A program made the translations under genes and the position numbers. Positions 49,547-62,882 of a stretch of DNA of 64,000 nt are shown here, piece after piece. How positions within the stretch are numbered: the stretch's first letter is position 1; each line of letters starts with the position of its first letter. Origin of the DNA: Lobosporangium transversale (Eukaryota); assembly GCF_002105155.1 (NCBI RefSeq), contig NW_019029012.1, positions 1-64,000 on the forward strand, given 5' to 3'. Under the pieces are notes generated by a model. That model searched no databases, was not told the DNA's origin, and saw only the letters and a program-made list of their open reading frames with translations.

Positions 49547-50623
49547 CTACTCTCTTTTGCTTTTTCGAAGTGTCTCTTGATCTCGCTCCAGCTCTACGGC
49601 CCAAAGTGCGGCACTATTTAATGATGTAAGAAATTTGACGTCAGTATTTTTTTTTTAAATTAATTAAATTAAGCTTTTTTTTTTCTTCTTCTTCATCATC
49701 GGTAGTAATTCTTACCCAATCGTGTTGGTAAAGCTGAAAAAGATGCCCAATAATGGGATCAACTCCAATGCTTGACTGACGAACGCAAATGCTCTGTAAT
49801 CACTTTGATGTGCCTTGATCCAGGCCTCTCTCTCATCCACTGTCATCTCCTTCAGATCAAAGTAACGTCGATGGATATCTGGAATACGTGCCTTCGCATT
49901 GATGTAACAGAACGTCAAAGGTCCAACCACCGGGATGAAATTCAGAGGCAACGTCACGAACCAAAGCAGGATCCGCTGACCCAAATCGACCGAGGCTGAT
50001 TTAATCACATCCCGTTTACGACGTTGAGTTACCTGTGGGGACAAGTTGGTGCTGGCCACGTTGATTGTATCCTTGCTAGCGCTATCTTGTCTATACTTGA
50101 TATCATTGTCCTTGGCATTATCATCATCACTATCACTGCTCTCACCGTCCTTATCCTTTGTATGGGTCGTATCAGCAATAGGGTGGTGATGAGTAACCGT
50201 AGTTAGGGGACCGACCGAGACATTGTTCTGGACCAGCACGGCGTTGAAAAGACTCTTGGTTTTCTCTCTTTTAACGACCTCACCCATGACCAGGGCGACG
50301 ACGAGAGAGGTCTCACCCATGGTGAGGAAAAGGGTTGACCATGTGGTTAGGTTATGGCCCAAAAAGGATAAAGATTTAAGCGAAGACGGGACCAGAAAAG
50401 AAAAAGTAGAGAAAATGAAACGCAAGACGGACCAAACGAGTCGGCGTTGTAATTTATAGGTGAGTGCAGAGAGTGGGATTAGGATCGCAAGGGTGGTGAT
50501 GAACGAGACAGCGAGTGAACGGATGAATTGGGGACCTAATTGTGGGATGTGTTGCGAAAGATATTGGATCCCATGGAAAGGGTAGAGTACCGCGGGAGAC
50601 TTTAATATCTGAGGTTGTGGCAT
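49547..50623 (-). CDS. EI24/CysZ-like multi-pass membrane protein (2 exons)
   Basis: YPFHGIQYL, TM helices, TLPLNFIPVVGP, HRRYFDLK and ALELIPLLGIFFSFTNTIG|AALWA, the pattern of fungal EI24/Lds-type proteins. Confidence 0.8.
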
Positions 50624-50867
50624 TTTTTTTTTTTTTTTTTTTGTAATTCTGTTGCGGTGTGTGAGATAACAAAATGTGGAAAGAAGGAGAATATTAAAAA
50701 TAATAAAGAAAGCAAACAAAGAGTTGAAGAATGTAAATGTTTTTTTTTTTTTTTTTTTGTTAATGAAATGAATGTAGTTAATGAAATGATAACCTTGAGA
50801 CTATGACATAAGATATTGTCATTCATCTTGTAAAGTGGCTTTGTAAGCAGCATGTACAGCTTTCCTA

Positions 50868-50972
50868 GGCTCGTCACCAGCCTGAGGACGAAGTTTATGT
50901 GTACATGCACATGCTGAAAGGCAAATGTGTCTTGCTCTTGCAGACACTTCTCTCTCAGGCTGGGACAAACTT
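50868..50972 (+). repeat. Dispersed ~100-bp repeat, copy 1 (copy 2 at about 63874-63968)
   Basis: GGACGAAGTT.ATGTG.ACATGCACATGCTGAAAGGCAAATGTG.CTT.CTCTTGCAGACACTTCTCTC..AGGCT is shared by both loci in direct orientation. Confidence 0.85.
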
Positions 50973-51064
50973 GACATTTTGGCTGAAGGGTCTCTTTTTT
51001 AAACTTGTAAAAATCTCCAAGTCGAACACACCGCAGGAAAGGCTGTCATTCTCGCCACAGAGAA

Positions 51065-51095
<31 letters not shown>

Positions 51096-52124
51096 CAAAG
51101 TCCAAGCAACCCTCATATTTTTCTACACACCACAGGGAAGGGCATTTTTTCCAAGCAAAGTTCTAGACTCGTCACCAGTGTGGAGTATGGGTGATCAATT
51201 GGAATCATTTGGATAGGAAAGTGAATGGGAAACGTTCATCCCTTTATTGATCACCTTCTACTGAATTGAAATAGGGTAAAGGACAATCTCTAATTGGTGT
51301 GACAGTGTCACAGCACTTCTTCTCCTTGATTCGGCCGGCGCGGCGCCCACAGTAATATAGATATGCGTGATGCTAAGGAGGGGATTTCATGGAAGCATAT
51401 CAAGATAAGATACCTACCAAAACAACTCGACCCCAGTAACTCAATCGCTTGATGCTGGAGTTATAAGTGTCTTTAAGCGAGCCTTTTTGGAAATGCTTAC
51501 TTATGAAACATATCTCGTTCGTAGCTATGACAAGGAGAAGCCCTTCACTAATTCCCTACGCATGGAAATGCATCAAAACCCAGACATTACAGCATTGTTT
51601 TGCGAAAACGCCTATTCTTCCAATGAAATGCGTGAGCAGCTTCGTCGTCGAGAATTGAAAAATAATAAAGGAGCAAAGTCGCTTTCATCCACTCGACATA
51701 GTCGATACATAATGTAAGAAAAGGCATATTTTGAACATATGATTGCCGAGGTTTCTGCAACGAACAACAGGAAGTTCAAAGTAGTACAGAATGAGGACGA
51801 ACAGGGGCCGGGTGAAGCAGCGCCACAGCAAGTGGATATGGAGGAAGAGAAGACAGGCGAGGCCACAAGACATGAGAGAGTGACACTTTTACTTTTTAGT
51901 ATTTGTGACAAATATTTTCACCTCTCAGGACCTGCGATTTGACCATGACGTCGCCCCAGTCTGGTCCGTGCGTAAGAGGAGTTTGAGGGACAGGTGTAAT
52001 CCATTCAGGTAAGAATAACATCAAAAAATTTCTATACTTTTATTGTATTACTGTATGAATATAAATTATTGACCATATTCAAAAACTGCCTGGCAGTGAA
52101 GGATTCTCATCTTCTTTTGCGATC

Positions 52125-54564
52125 CTATGCAATCAAGTTTCCAAATAATTCGGCTTTAAGCTCGTCAATGTCTACATGTAAAAGGCCAGGGATATTCCTC
52201 GAACTTGCTACATTTCTTGAGATTCTTGGCCTTACGCAGCGACTCTCCCTAAAGTCATTCAATATCTTGCCATCCTTCCAAGCCTCAAAAAGCTTTGTCT
52301 TAGGATTAATCTGTGCTGTATACTTTCCTCCAAAGACTGCATCCAAATAAACCTCAATCTGGTTCCTATCGTCTTTGACTTTGACTTTGACTTCGACTTT
52401 GACTTCGTCTTCATTGTTCGTAGCTGAGTTATCCGTAATATCCGAGTCTTTGCTACTTGCTCTCCGCTTTCCTTTGTGTCCCTTGGACTCCACTGCTGAT
52501 TCATCATAATCGTCTCTCTCAAAGGCCTTTGAAATCCGTTTGCTTTTAGTTTCTTCATGCTTAGCGAAACTTTGAAATGATACTTGAATAAACGTGCGAT
52601 TGTAAATGAAATCAAATCTAGGGTATCCTCGGTAGCACTTCCGTAACACATTTTCATCCACTTTCGATGGTTTCGCTGTGGTCATATCGTAAAATTCCGA
52701 TGGGATATCCAAAGGAGCCTTGGGTCTTCCACTGAGATCTGTTGTTTCAAATATGACTTTCTTCTGCTTTAAAAACCCATGTTCGATCACTCTTTCAAAC
52801 TGGTCACCGGTCGATGTTCCATTTTTCATGGCAATGGCTATATCCAGTGCTCCTATTCGAATGCTTATCGAGCCATTCGAACCATTCGCGTCATTCGAAT
52901 CGATCCAGGTTAGGGCTTATTCGAATCGATTCGAACTTACCACGATTCGTTTTCGATTGGAATGCATTCGAGCCCATTCGAATTCGATTTGTTCGAATCG
53001 AATAGGAGCACTGGCTATATCTCGAGGAAGAGGTTGTAATCTGTAGAAATCAACAAGGGCAAGCTCGGCTGACGGACATAAGAATCGGTATACGACCATG
53101 CCACCTTCTTTGACACGATATAATAAGCCTAAGTCCTTGAGCTGATATGCACTTGGGACTTGCTTATAGAGCAGGTTTCCATTTGCTTTAGGTTGAAAGA
53201 TGCGTGAAATGACCTCGAGATGAATTTGCTTCGACGTATCGTCAAGTTTTTGATAGTATTTCTGGGCAACTTCTGCAAAGGATGCACGTCGTTCTTCCTC
53301 GAATATTTAATTTTTTGTACAGTAGTCAGGTGTACGTCTTTGGATCCAGATTCGTTAAGAAACCTGACCAGCATGTTGAGTTCCCTTGGAATGTTGTTTG
53401 TGGCTCCTCCCTAACATCTTCCTCTGATAGCAGGGGACTTGATGCTAAAAGTTTGTCAAAAACCGTATTGGAGAGCGGACTTACAAACTCTAGGATTGAA
53501 TCGACGTCGCGGGTGAGTATTATAGTTTCGTAGCCAGCAAACGCCGTCCCGGTAAAGATCGCTCGAGCTCCATTGCTCGCGGGTTTCCACAGATGGATGT
53601 CAATCAAAGGTTCGAAGAGGCTTGGCGCTGGTTTATTATTTTCAAAAAGCTTGCCGTGCTCATCGATGATAGCAAGGGCCTTCTTGTCCACCTGGCAGAC
53701 CAGTGATGAAAGGATCCTAGAAGTTGTAGACGTCGCCGTGTCTTCAACGATTGTATCTCTTGAAAGTGCCTTCAGAATCTCCTTGAAGTCAGCAAAGGTC
53801 AATCTCTCCTTACTTAAGGCAAAAAATCGCTCGCATATTTCTGTACCCGTCACACTGAGCTTTGACTGAACTAGTTCGCCGGCATCTGCTACGTAGAGTA
53901 CCGGCCATCCTTCCGTATAGGCTTTGGCAGCAAGGAAAATGGCAAGATAGGACTTTCCAACTCCCATAGGTCCTGCTAATATCTTCTTGATTGAATCCTT
54001 GCTCTCTGCTGAAAATTCTTTCCGCACTCCAATCATCTGCTCCATAACAAAAAATGAATCTCCTGGAAAGCCATGTTCAAACTCTTTGGGCCTCTGTCCA
54101 ATTGATGGCAATATGTTTTGATCACCAGCCTTCTTGCCATCAAGAGTCTGTTTGAATCTGTCGCGTGATTTAGGCTTGTAATTATCACTATTGAGCATAC
54201 TGATCAAAGTCGGCGGCAAATTAATAGGGCCATTTACCGCTTGGTATTTAATCCAATTGTCGAATCTGAGTCCTTTTCGAGAGGTCTCGGGTTCGTCATC
54301 TTCGAATCGTCATTTTGGTACTAGACAAAGATACGAAACACAAGTGGTCAGATTCAATATTCCAAGCACGATCACTAAATTAAATTGTTTTTTGAGGTGA
54401 TACCCAAAGTCGCCCTCGGTTAAATAGCGTAGCCGAGACACATCTCTCCTGGAGGCATCCTCAGACCTATTTGTAGTCCTTTTTTTTTTTTTTTTTTGTA
54501 CTTGGCTCCTTGTGGAGTTATTTGTAGCTATGTTATTTTGTGTTAGGTCCCTTATGGTGACCAT
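52125..54564 (-). pseudogene. Crinkler (CRN)-like P-loop NTPase plus restriction-endonuclease-fold gene, disrupted
   Basis: ILAGPMGVGKS (Walker A), IIDEHG (Walker B), TNNIPREL, and YPRFDFI...FIQVS. Lesions: premature TGA near 54310, frameshifts near 53400 and 53150, and a MITE insertion at 52845-53013. Confidence 0.75.
52845..53013. mobile_element. hAT-type MITE (169 bp)
   Basis: TIR CAGTGCTCCTATTCGA...TCGAATAGGAGCACTG with a perfect 8-bp TSD GCTATATC (52837-52844 and 53014-53021). The interior is packed with TTCGAA/ATTCGA motifs. Confidence 0.93.
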
Positions 54565-55374
54565 TGAATATTAAGATGGGTGAGACTGAGTATGGTTGAG
54601 ATCCAGGGAGAATGATGGTTAAATAGGCAAGGATATATTCTATTGCTCTTTCACCCGTGGGCACTGTATGAAAACAAAAATGGAAAATGAGCAAGGCAAA
54701 AAAAGGAAAGGTAATGAATGAAAGCTTGGAATAAACGAAAAAGGAAGAGAGGAAGAAGAAAGGGATGCGACCAAAGGAGGAAAATATGAAAAAAGTTGCA
54801 TCAATGAAGTTAAAGAAAGTTCCTTTATTTCAGGACTGTGGGAAAATAATCAATGTGACGTGAAAACCAGTCACATCTTTTAGGAAAGAGGGGAGCCATG
54901 CTAGAATGCTTAGCCGAGTGCTAAGACGGCAATTATTATAGAAAGGATGCGGCGTCCTAGTACCCGCCAAGCCTGGTGGGTGCACAGATCCTATCTGCGT
55001 CGCTAGACTCGTGACGAGCCTTGAAAAAGTGAAAAAAAAAGAGGCCAGTGTTTGGATGAATGTGTTAATGGAACTAAGAACAAAGCATTGTATGGTAAAA
55101 GAAGAGTGAATATCCAACAACGCTGGGATACCAGATTCCTCCTGTAAGGGAAACCCTGAGCTGGCACAAATTAGCTATCTATAATATTTATTTAAATAAG
55201 TCTATCTATATCCCTTCACTGCTTCCACACTCTATCAACGAATAAACTATGTGTAGCCAAGCAACTCAAATAAATCATTCAAAGCTGATCAGACAATATT
55301 GAGTACCTTCAAGCAGTACCAGAGCTTCTTGGGGGGGTTTTTTTCTTATTTTTCTTCTTCGATCAAACCTCTGC

Positions 55375-58253
55375 TCACCTACTGAGGACCAAAGCTGTGT
55401 TGATCTTGAGCATCTCTAGCAGCGCCAGAGTTCCTTCATCCCCAATTGGGTTATCCGTCAAGTCTATAGTGTTCAAAGCTTTGTTGGTCTTAAGTGCCTC
55501 TGATAGTGCCATAGCTCCTTCATCCCCAACTGAGCTGCTCCTCAAGTACAAAGTCGTCAGCGTCGTATTTGTTTTGAGTGCCTCTGACAATGCCAAAGCT
55601 CCTTCGTCCCCAACTGAGTTGTCACTCAATCCCAGAGTGGACAAAGCCTTGTTGATCTTGAGAGCCTCTGACAATGCTAAGATTCCATTTCTCCCAATTG
55701 AATTACTAGCCAATCCCAAAGTATCCAAAACTGTGTTGACCTTAAGTGCTTCTGACAGTGCTAGAGCTCCTTCAGCTCCGATCGAGTTGTCATTCAAGTA
55801 CAAAGTGGTCAAGGTCCTATTAGTCTTGAGTGCCTCTGACAGCCCCAGAGCTCCTTCAGCCTCAATTGAGTTGTTCCATAAGCTCATTGTGGTCAAACCC
55901 GTATTGACCTTGAGCGCCTCTGCTAATGCAAGAGCTCCTTCATCCCTAATTGAGTTTTTCCATAATCTCATGGTGATCAAAGTCGTATTCACCTTGAGCG
56001 CTTCAGAGAGTGCAAGGGCTCCTTCTTTCCCAATAGAGTTGTAATTCAAGTCCAAGGTGGTTAAACCCATGTTAACTTTAAGTGCTTCTGACAGTGCTCG
56101 AGCCCCTCCTTTCCCAATGGAGTTGTAATTCAAGTCCAAAGTAGTTAAAGCCTTGTTGGTCTTGATCGCCTCTGACAGACCAGTAGTCCCTTCATCTCCA
56201 AGCTTGTTCCAACTTAAGCCCATAGTGGTCAAAGCCTTGTTAACCTTGAGTGCCTCTGACAGCGCAAGCGCACCTTCTTCTCCAATCGAGTTGGCTTCCA
56301 AATCCAAAATGGCCAGAGTCTTGTTGGCCTTGAGTGCCTTTGACAGTGCAAGGGTTCCTTCATCCCCAATTGAGTTGCCCTTCAAGCTCATAGCGGTCAA
56401 AGTAGTGTTGGTTTTAAGTGCATCCGATAGCGTCTGAACTCCTTCGATCCCAATTGAGTTGCCTTTCAAGTCCAAGGAAGTCAAGGCCGTGTTGGTCTTG
56501 AGTGAAGCCACAAGTGCTCGAATTTCACTAGGTCCAATCCGTTGAGGATTCACTTCAATGGTTAACTTGTGAAGATGTGTTGATCTTTTGGGTGGTAGAC
56601 TAGGGACTTTTATGAGGCTCGAGGGTAGAATAATATAAACCACTCTCAACCTCCGGTGCTCTATGATGCGAAACAATATTTCATATGGTGTGGACGTTGA
56701 GAGTATTTTCCTGGCGGCACTTTCTTGAAACAATCCAAGTTCAAGTCGAAGGATCGATACACTGGACTCCTTTAGTGCGTCCTTGAACGCTTCAAGATCA
56801 GCCTTGGTCCATTCCCAGCGGAATACGATATGCAGCTCGTAAACGCGCTTCGCATTAGTCAGAGTTCCAAAGAATTCTTCAGCTCTGATTCTAGAGTTCA
56901 ATGTCACACTCGCTTTACCGAGGTGCGGATTATATTTGCCTCCATTCACCTCCACTGCATTCACGAAAGCTTTATGCTCTTTTTCTCTATATGCTGAATG
57001 ATAGTGGTCGAGACAAACCCATTTGACATGGCCTGCTTCTGTCGTGGTCCTGTACAAGTTTCCATGTTGCTGTTCTTCATCATTGATTCGAAGGAATGCG
57101 CTCAGCTGTCGGAGATCTGCTCCTTCAAGTTTCTCATAGTCGTCGATTGTATTGATGTTTTTCAAGGTCGGATACTCAATAGAGAGTGCCTTCATATACT
57201 CGATTGAGTAATTGAGACCGGCCTCGATCACATTTGGGACTGGTGTCAGCTCAGTAACCGGGGTTGTTTTCATCCCTAACTTGAGCCACTGTAAAAGGAT
57301 GAGCATGTACTTTCCATATTTGCGGAAGAATTCCGTGCCATTTCGGACCTCATATCCGTCATGTTTAGCAATATGGATTTGTTCATGATCGCTCTCGCCT
57401 GATTTGGTGGTATCTCCACATTCACACAGGAAGTAGAGGCGGAGCTTGTTGCTCAGGATATTCCTTGGGTCCCACTTGAGACGGTCGACAGGGAAAATGA
57501 TAAAGAGTCGAGGGATGGAGTACTCGTGTAGTTCAAAGTTTTGGACGAGGATAGCTTTAGCATGCTTTTGAAGGATAGCAAGTCTGTCAAGAGCTAGATG
57601 TTGCAAAGTAAGGACCTCCGATTGCAATTTAAGCATTTTCTCGTGACTCTCTTTAGCTTCCAATTGTAGTTTAAGCAGCATGTTGTCGTTCTCTCTGCCC
57701 TCCAGTAACAGTTCTTTAATCTCATCAAGGTCAGGCCTGATCGTCCCGATTTGTGTATCGTTGTGGGAAATAAGGGATGGGTTGGAAGATTGAACCAAAC
57801 GTGATGATAAACCAAGTTCCTGAAAGGCCGAAAGTGTCGACCCCCTCGATGTAGGCAAATGGATGGCGACGTCGCTGTTGCTGCTATTGGGCTGTGGTAC
57901 TTTTGTAATCACATCCAGGATCTTATCAGGATAGAATGCGATGCGTAGAGGTTCAATTCTAAAAAGGATAAAATTAAAAGATTTATCAAATTGAGTCTTT
58001 TTTTTTCCAGAGAAAATGGATATGGCACACCATGATCGAATACGTACCTGTTGCCATTAGCGTCCACAAGGAAGGGGATAGGAAGTCCCTCCAACTTGAA
58101 CCGCAATGCATCTGGAAACACATCCTGAACGTCTTGTAAACTCACATAGTATGGCGAATTATTCTCATTGCTGGCGGTTGTGGAAGCTGTCCTAACAAAA
58201 ACCTTTTCAACAATGTCAGCATTTCGGAATTGTTGGTATTGATGCTTCATCAT
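55375..58253 (-). CDS. Ribonuclease-inhibitor-type (NLRC3-like) LRR protein with 13 28-aa repeats; intron 57959-58047
   Basis: Tandem LKxNxxLxxLxLxxNSIGxEGAxALSEA repeats preceded by a coiled coil and an ELHEYSIPRLF...LYFLCECG...GNLYR...WVCLDHY domain. The exons join as NR|IEPLRIAFYP. Confidence 0.9.
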
Positions 58254-59766
58254 TTCTGTTGCAATTCGATGAATGATGACAAGAGGAATGGCTTCCTTAT
58301 TTCTCTTTTTTTGTGTTACAAGGTTGAACAAATTCAGAGAGCCGCTGCCCGACGTCTTTCATTAGATCTCTTAATATTGGAAACCCTTTGCCCATTCTTT
58401 CACTTGACTCCTGCAACTCGCTTAGCTCAACAAACTTGATGTTATACACATTGATCAAATGGGCATACTTTCGTTCAAAGGCACTGCTTATTTACCTCTT
58501 TAACTATTGATGCAGATAGCCTTGATTGACGATGTAAATGCTTTCGACATTCATTTTGACCATTCATGAATTCTTTATCAACAAATGTTGAGGATATGGT
58601 CGAGGTTGTGAACAAGTACACCCTGAGCTTTTGAATATGAACAGCATAGCTGTATCAGCGTACTGTAATTGACAGATCAATTAAAGTTGCTCCAAAGAGA
58701 TCAACAGAACTGTATATCTCCAGAATCTAAAAATTGGGCTTTGGAGCTTTTCATCTCTGTGTTTATCTTATTGGCTTTGTCTGCCCCCTGTTGGCAGTGA
58801 TTGAGGGATGTAGCTGGACTGAGGCATTGATCATTGGTATATATCAAGACACGTCCCCCACTGCTTAGACACGAGCCGCATACATAGGGTCTTTCAAGCT
58901 CACTCGGGCCGTCGCGCTTGAATAGAGTGACTCGCGTGTGTATTTTTCCAGATCTGCAGGATATTTTTTTGGATCAAGTGCAAACACTGGCGAGTCTCTC
59001 AGCTTGCTGGATACAGTCTTGTCACCGATCCACTGTAGCTTCTTTGACATGAAGATGATCCATGGTCAATTGCTAATTCTTCTATCTATCATAAGCTTTC
59101 AAACTTTACTGCTAAAGGCACTCCCGTACTATATTTCTAGGGACTTGGACATAGGTGTGGATACCTTGACCAGATTCGGTTTACTGCAAAATATTGTAAC
59201 CTTTCTAGTCTTTCCTAACGTTAGATCATGCCCCAATGTCATACACAGGGTTAAAAATATTATTTTTGAGCATGTGGGTCTGAAAAATCATCACCTGGGA
59301 CGTTGCGGTTGTGGCTTCATAAAGATCTTCCATTTGCAATCCTTTCAGTCTGCTTCTTCTTTCCTTCTCTCTCTTAATATAATATATCCCTCCTTTCATA
59401 ACAAGCATGCTTACCAATACTAACAGTCCTACGGATACTACAAGCCTGAAAGAGCAGGAAGGACAGCCGTATCAGCAACAAGAGCAAGAGCAAGAGCAAG
59501 AGCAGGTATCTTTTCAACCGTCGACAACATCAACATCAACATCAGACCCAGTTACTACCACTTCTTTCGTTACTGAGCAAGAAGACGCTGGTCAAGCAAC
59601 GAGGCAGGAAAAGACAGATGGCTCAGAGGATATGAATGATGATGATGATGACGCTGGCGATGATGAAGACAACAACAATAATGAAAATGATGAACCTGTC
59701 CATAGTATCCAACTTATCGGTCATATCAAAGGTGTCCCTGGCAGACGTTGTTAGGATCAAATCATA

Positions 59767-59800
<34 letters not shown>

Positions 59801-59994
59801 AAAAGAAAAAAAAACAATCACTTCACGATCATCTCTACTTTATTATAAAAAAAAAAAATATTTTACAAAACAGGAAAACTCATTGGAGAAAAAAAAGACT
59901 TTAAAAAAAATATACAAGGGTTATACCATTGATTGAAAAATATCTATAAACAGTCTCTTTTAAAAAAAGAGAGAAAACTTTTTTTTCCCTTCTA

Positions 59995-61407
59995 CTAGGG
60001 AAGGATAGCATCCCGGTCATACCAAGATTTTTGTCGTTTGGCTGCAATCTTTGTCATAGTCGAGGCTGGGGAACCAACAAACTCATCTGCCTGTACTAAA
60101 ATGGCTGCATCCACCATCGCAGGCCCGAAGGATCCCCATAATTCTGTGGTTCCATATTCATCATGCTCCATTCGATGCCATCCCAGTTTCTTCAACATGG
60201 CCAGATCCCCTTCCGAAGTCGTATCCGTTGTTACCACCACCGGTAACTTCGAATGAAATCCCTTCTGGGTGACAGCATGGGTCTGTGCACGAGCCACCGC
60301 ATTGATGTAACGTTCCATTGGGACCATACATCTTTCCCGATTTCGATCATTGCATTTTGTCCAGATATCACCTCGTCGCATATGCACTGCAATATGTGGG
60401 ATCCGAGTCGAAGGTGCCTTGATGTTGGCTATCGCAGGATTGAAGGTCTCGCCTGATTCTGTTGCGTCTGTATTATTGTTGACAGGCTCTTGAGTTGTTG
60501 TTGATGATGATGATCCTCCTTCTTCACTACTCTGATCTTCCTTCTCTTCTGGATCATCATTTGGTACTGCCTCAACCCCACGATCTTGTTTGAGCACATC
60601 ATTGACTCGAGCGGCTGCATACTCCATCAACTTTGGTACATAATGAATATGTCTTCCGATATTCATCCAGATCCGATCCGATCGATTGTGTCCAAAATCC
60701 TTGATCTTGAAGGTATGGGTGAACATCAAGAGTTGATCCTCAAAGTCTTGATACCTTGCCAGGATATCGTCCATCACCACCAGCTCATCTAACCCTTTAG
60801 TCTCCCCATCGACTAACGTCCGATTATAGATCGGCATGTCCGGTCTTCGAGGTAAAGGGTCCTTGACGACGAGATTGTACAGGAAATGGGTAGCAAAGTT
60901 CCAACCGGAATGGTTGATGACTCTCTCGGGGCCGCCGTAACCGTAAATGATGTGGCAGGTTAGGTTTTCTGCAATTAGATTCCAGGCTTTGATCGCATTC
61001 TGGGGTGGATGATAATTAGGACGTTTCAGAAGCGAACGAACCCGACCCACTTTTCGTTGTGCTGATGTCAGTGGTCTTACAAAATCCCACTCCAGTACAG
61101 AAACGCCCGTCAACTGAGTGAATCTTGCTAAATCAAAGTAGCGCGACCACCGTTGGTGTGTATTATCGTGATCGTGTGTATTGGAGATGATCGGCGGGAG
61201 AATCAATGTTCGGTTAAGTTTCTGAGCAATGAACGCCGCCGTTTGCAAACCCATGAATTGATTTGTCAGGCCTGCAAAGGGTAGATAAGAAAAATATTTG
61301 GTATTGGGATCAAGGAGGGAAACAGGAGGCTGAAGCTCTTCGAGAGACGGGAATGTATCTTCTTCTTGATTGACATTGTGATCATGCTGTTGATCTTTCT
61401 GCTGTTT

Positions 61408-61439
<32 letters not shown>

Positions 61440-61623
61440 GATGTTCAAGGCCCGTATTAGAGGTAGTGATGGTGCTTTTGTTATTATAATTAAGATCAAT
61501 TAGATCAACACTACTGAGAAGGGTCCAGGCAGAGATGAAGACGATAAAGACGACGACCATCAGAGTCCTTGTTCGTATGCCCTTGGAAGGGTATGGGCTG
61601 TTATATCCTGAAAATTTCTTCAT
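59995..61623 (-). CDS. GDP-fucose O-fucosyltransferase-like (O-FucT/POFUT superfamily) type II membrane glycosyltransferase
   Basis: N-terminal TM anchor and polyQ stem, then YLPFAGLTNQ, LNRTLILPP, IAVHMRRGD, VVTTD and VDAAILVQADEFVGSPASTMT. Confidence 0.85.
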
Positions 61624-61630
61624 GGCTGTT

Positions 61631-61663
<33 letters not shown>

Positions 61664-62798
61664 CCAGTGGATAGGGGAATAAGAAATTTTTTCTTTAAAA
61701 AAAGGAGAGAAGAAGATGGAAGGGAAGAGAGGACCAGCAAATGGCCTTTGTGAGAAGATCTAAAGAGAGGAGAGGAAAAAGGAAAAGGAAACAAAGAAAA
61801 AAAAAATGCAGTGGAAAGAAACAACAAGGAAGGAAGAAAGGAAGGAAAGATAAAGAAAAAAAAAAATCGGTGGACAGTTTTCCTCGGCATTTAAAGTCTC
61901 CGGCAGGCTCCCCTATTTCTGAGATCAAAACCGCCGATGATATGGCTCCTCAGCCTTTGGAATATTTTTCTTTTCCCTTCGGTGCACAGCCTTCTGTGTT
62001 TTTGAGAATCTTTTGCCCTCCTCATCAGAGACAGGGGAAAGAAGTCGTCAATAAGTCAGAGAGTGGTAATGTGTCTGTGGCTGGACTAAAAATAAAAAAT
62101 TGTGTCTAGGATCGGCGTAACCCTAAAACAAAAAGTACCATGCCTGTAAACAGAACAAAGGGCGTAGAGATGGGCTTGGGCTATACAATCTTTTTTTTGC
62201 TTTTGCCCACTTGTTTGCTGTTTATCCATCTTGTCATGATGGATGGTAAAAAAAAAAAAAAAAAAAAAAAAATCATGCAAACACATTAGCATGTGAGGGG
62301 CAGAGGAAATATGAACTACGAGAAAAATGATTCTTTTATTTCTATAAAACCTTACAACCCTTTGACTTTTTCTTATTGCTTATCCAGCTCGATCATCTGT
62401 AATTCGTCCAAGATCCAAGATCCAGAACCGTTTGCCCACCTTTCAAATAAAATTATACTTTTTTAATTCGTGCAGAGATGTGTTCCTTCTACTTGATTTT
62501 ACCATTTGCGGAAAAGAGATTACACCAATCCGGTTAGACCGGCCGGTGTAGTAGATACTCTGTTCATTATTTGGGAAGAAGCTAACCATTCTCTCATCTA
62601 TCCATGATTTAGACGGACAAGTGGGTGGACAAAATTGCAAGGTTACAAAAATTATGGGCCGTGCGTCCACTCTGTACTTTTTATTTTAGACGTGTTGTTT
62701 ATGATGACGATCTAAAAAAAAAAATGCTTTGTTTATCTTGCCAAATTGGTATATTTCTATAATTGCTTTGTAAAACGATCTTTGTCCCTCACGTTTAA

Positions 62799-62829
<31 letters not shown>

Positions 62830-62882
62830 GTAATAAATGGTGGTTTGTGGAAGGAGAGCTTTTTTTTTTTTTTTTTTTTTCT

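Noticed and set aside
55397..56437. Plus-strand repetitive ORFs (215 aa and 94 aa)
   Set aside because: Antisense shadows of the LRR repeat array.
59407..59754. 115-aa acidic ORF
   Set aside because: May be the last exon of a real gene, but no consistent upstream exon structure or family could be established.
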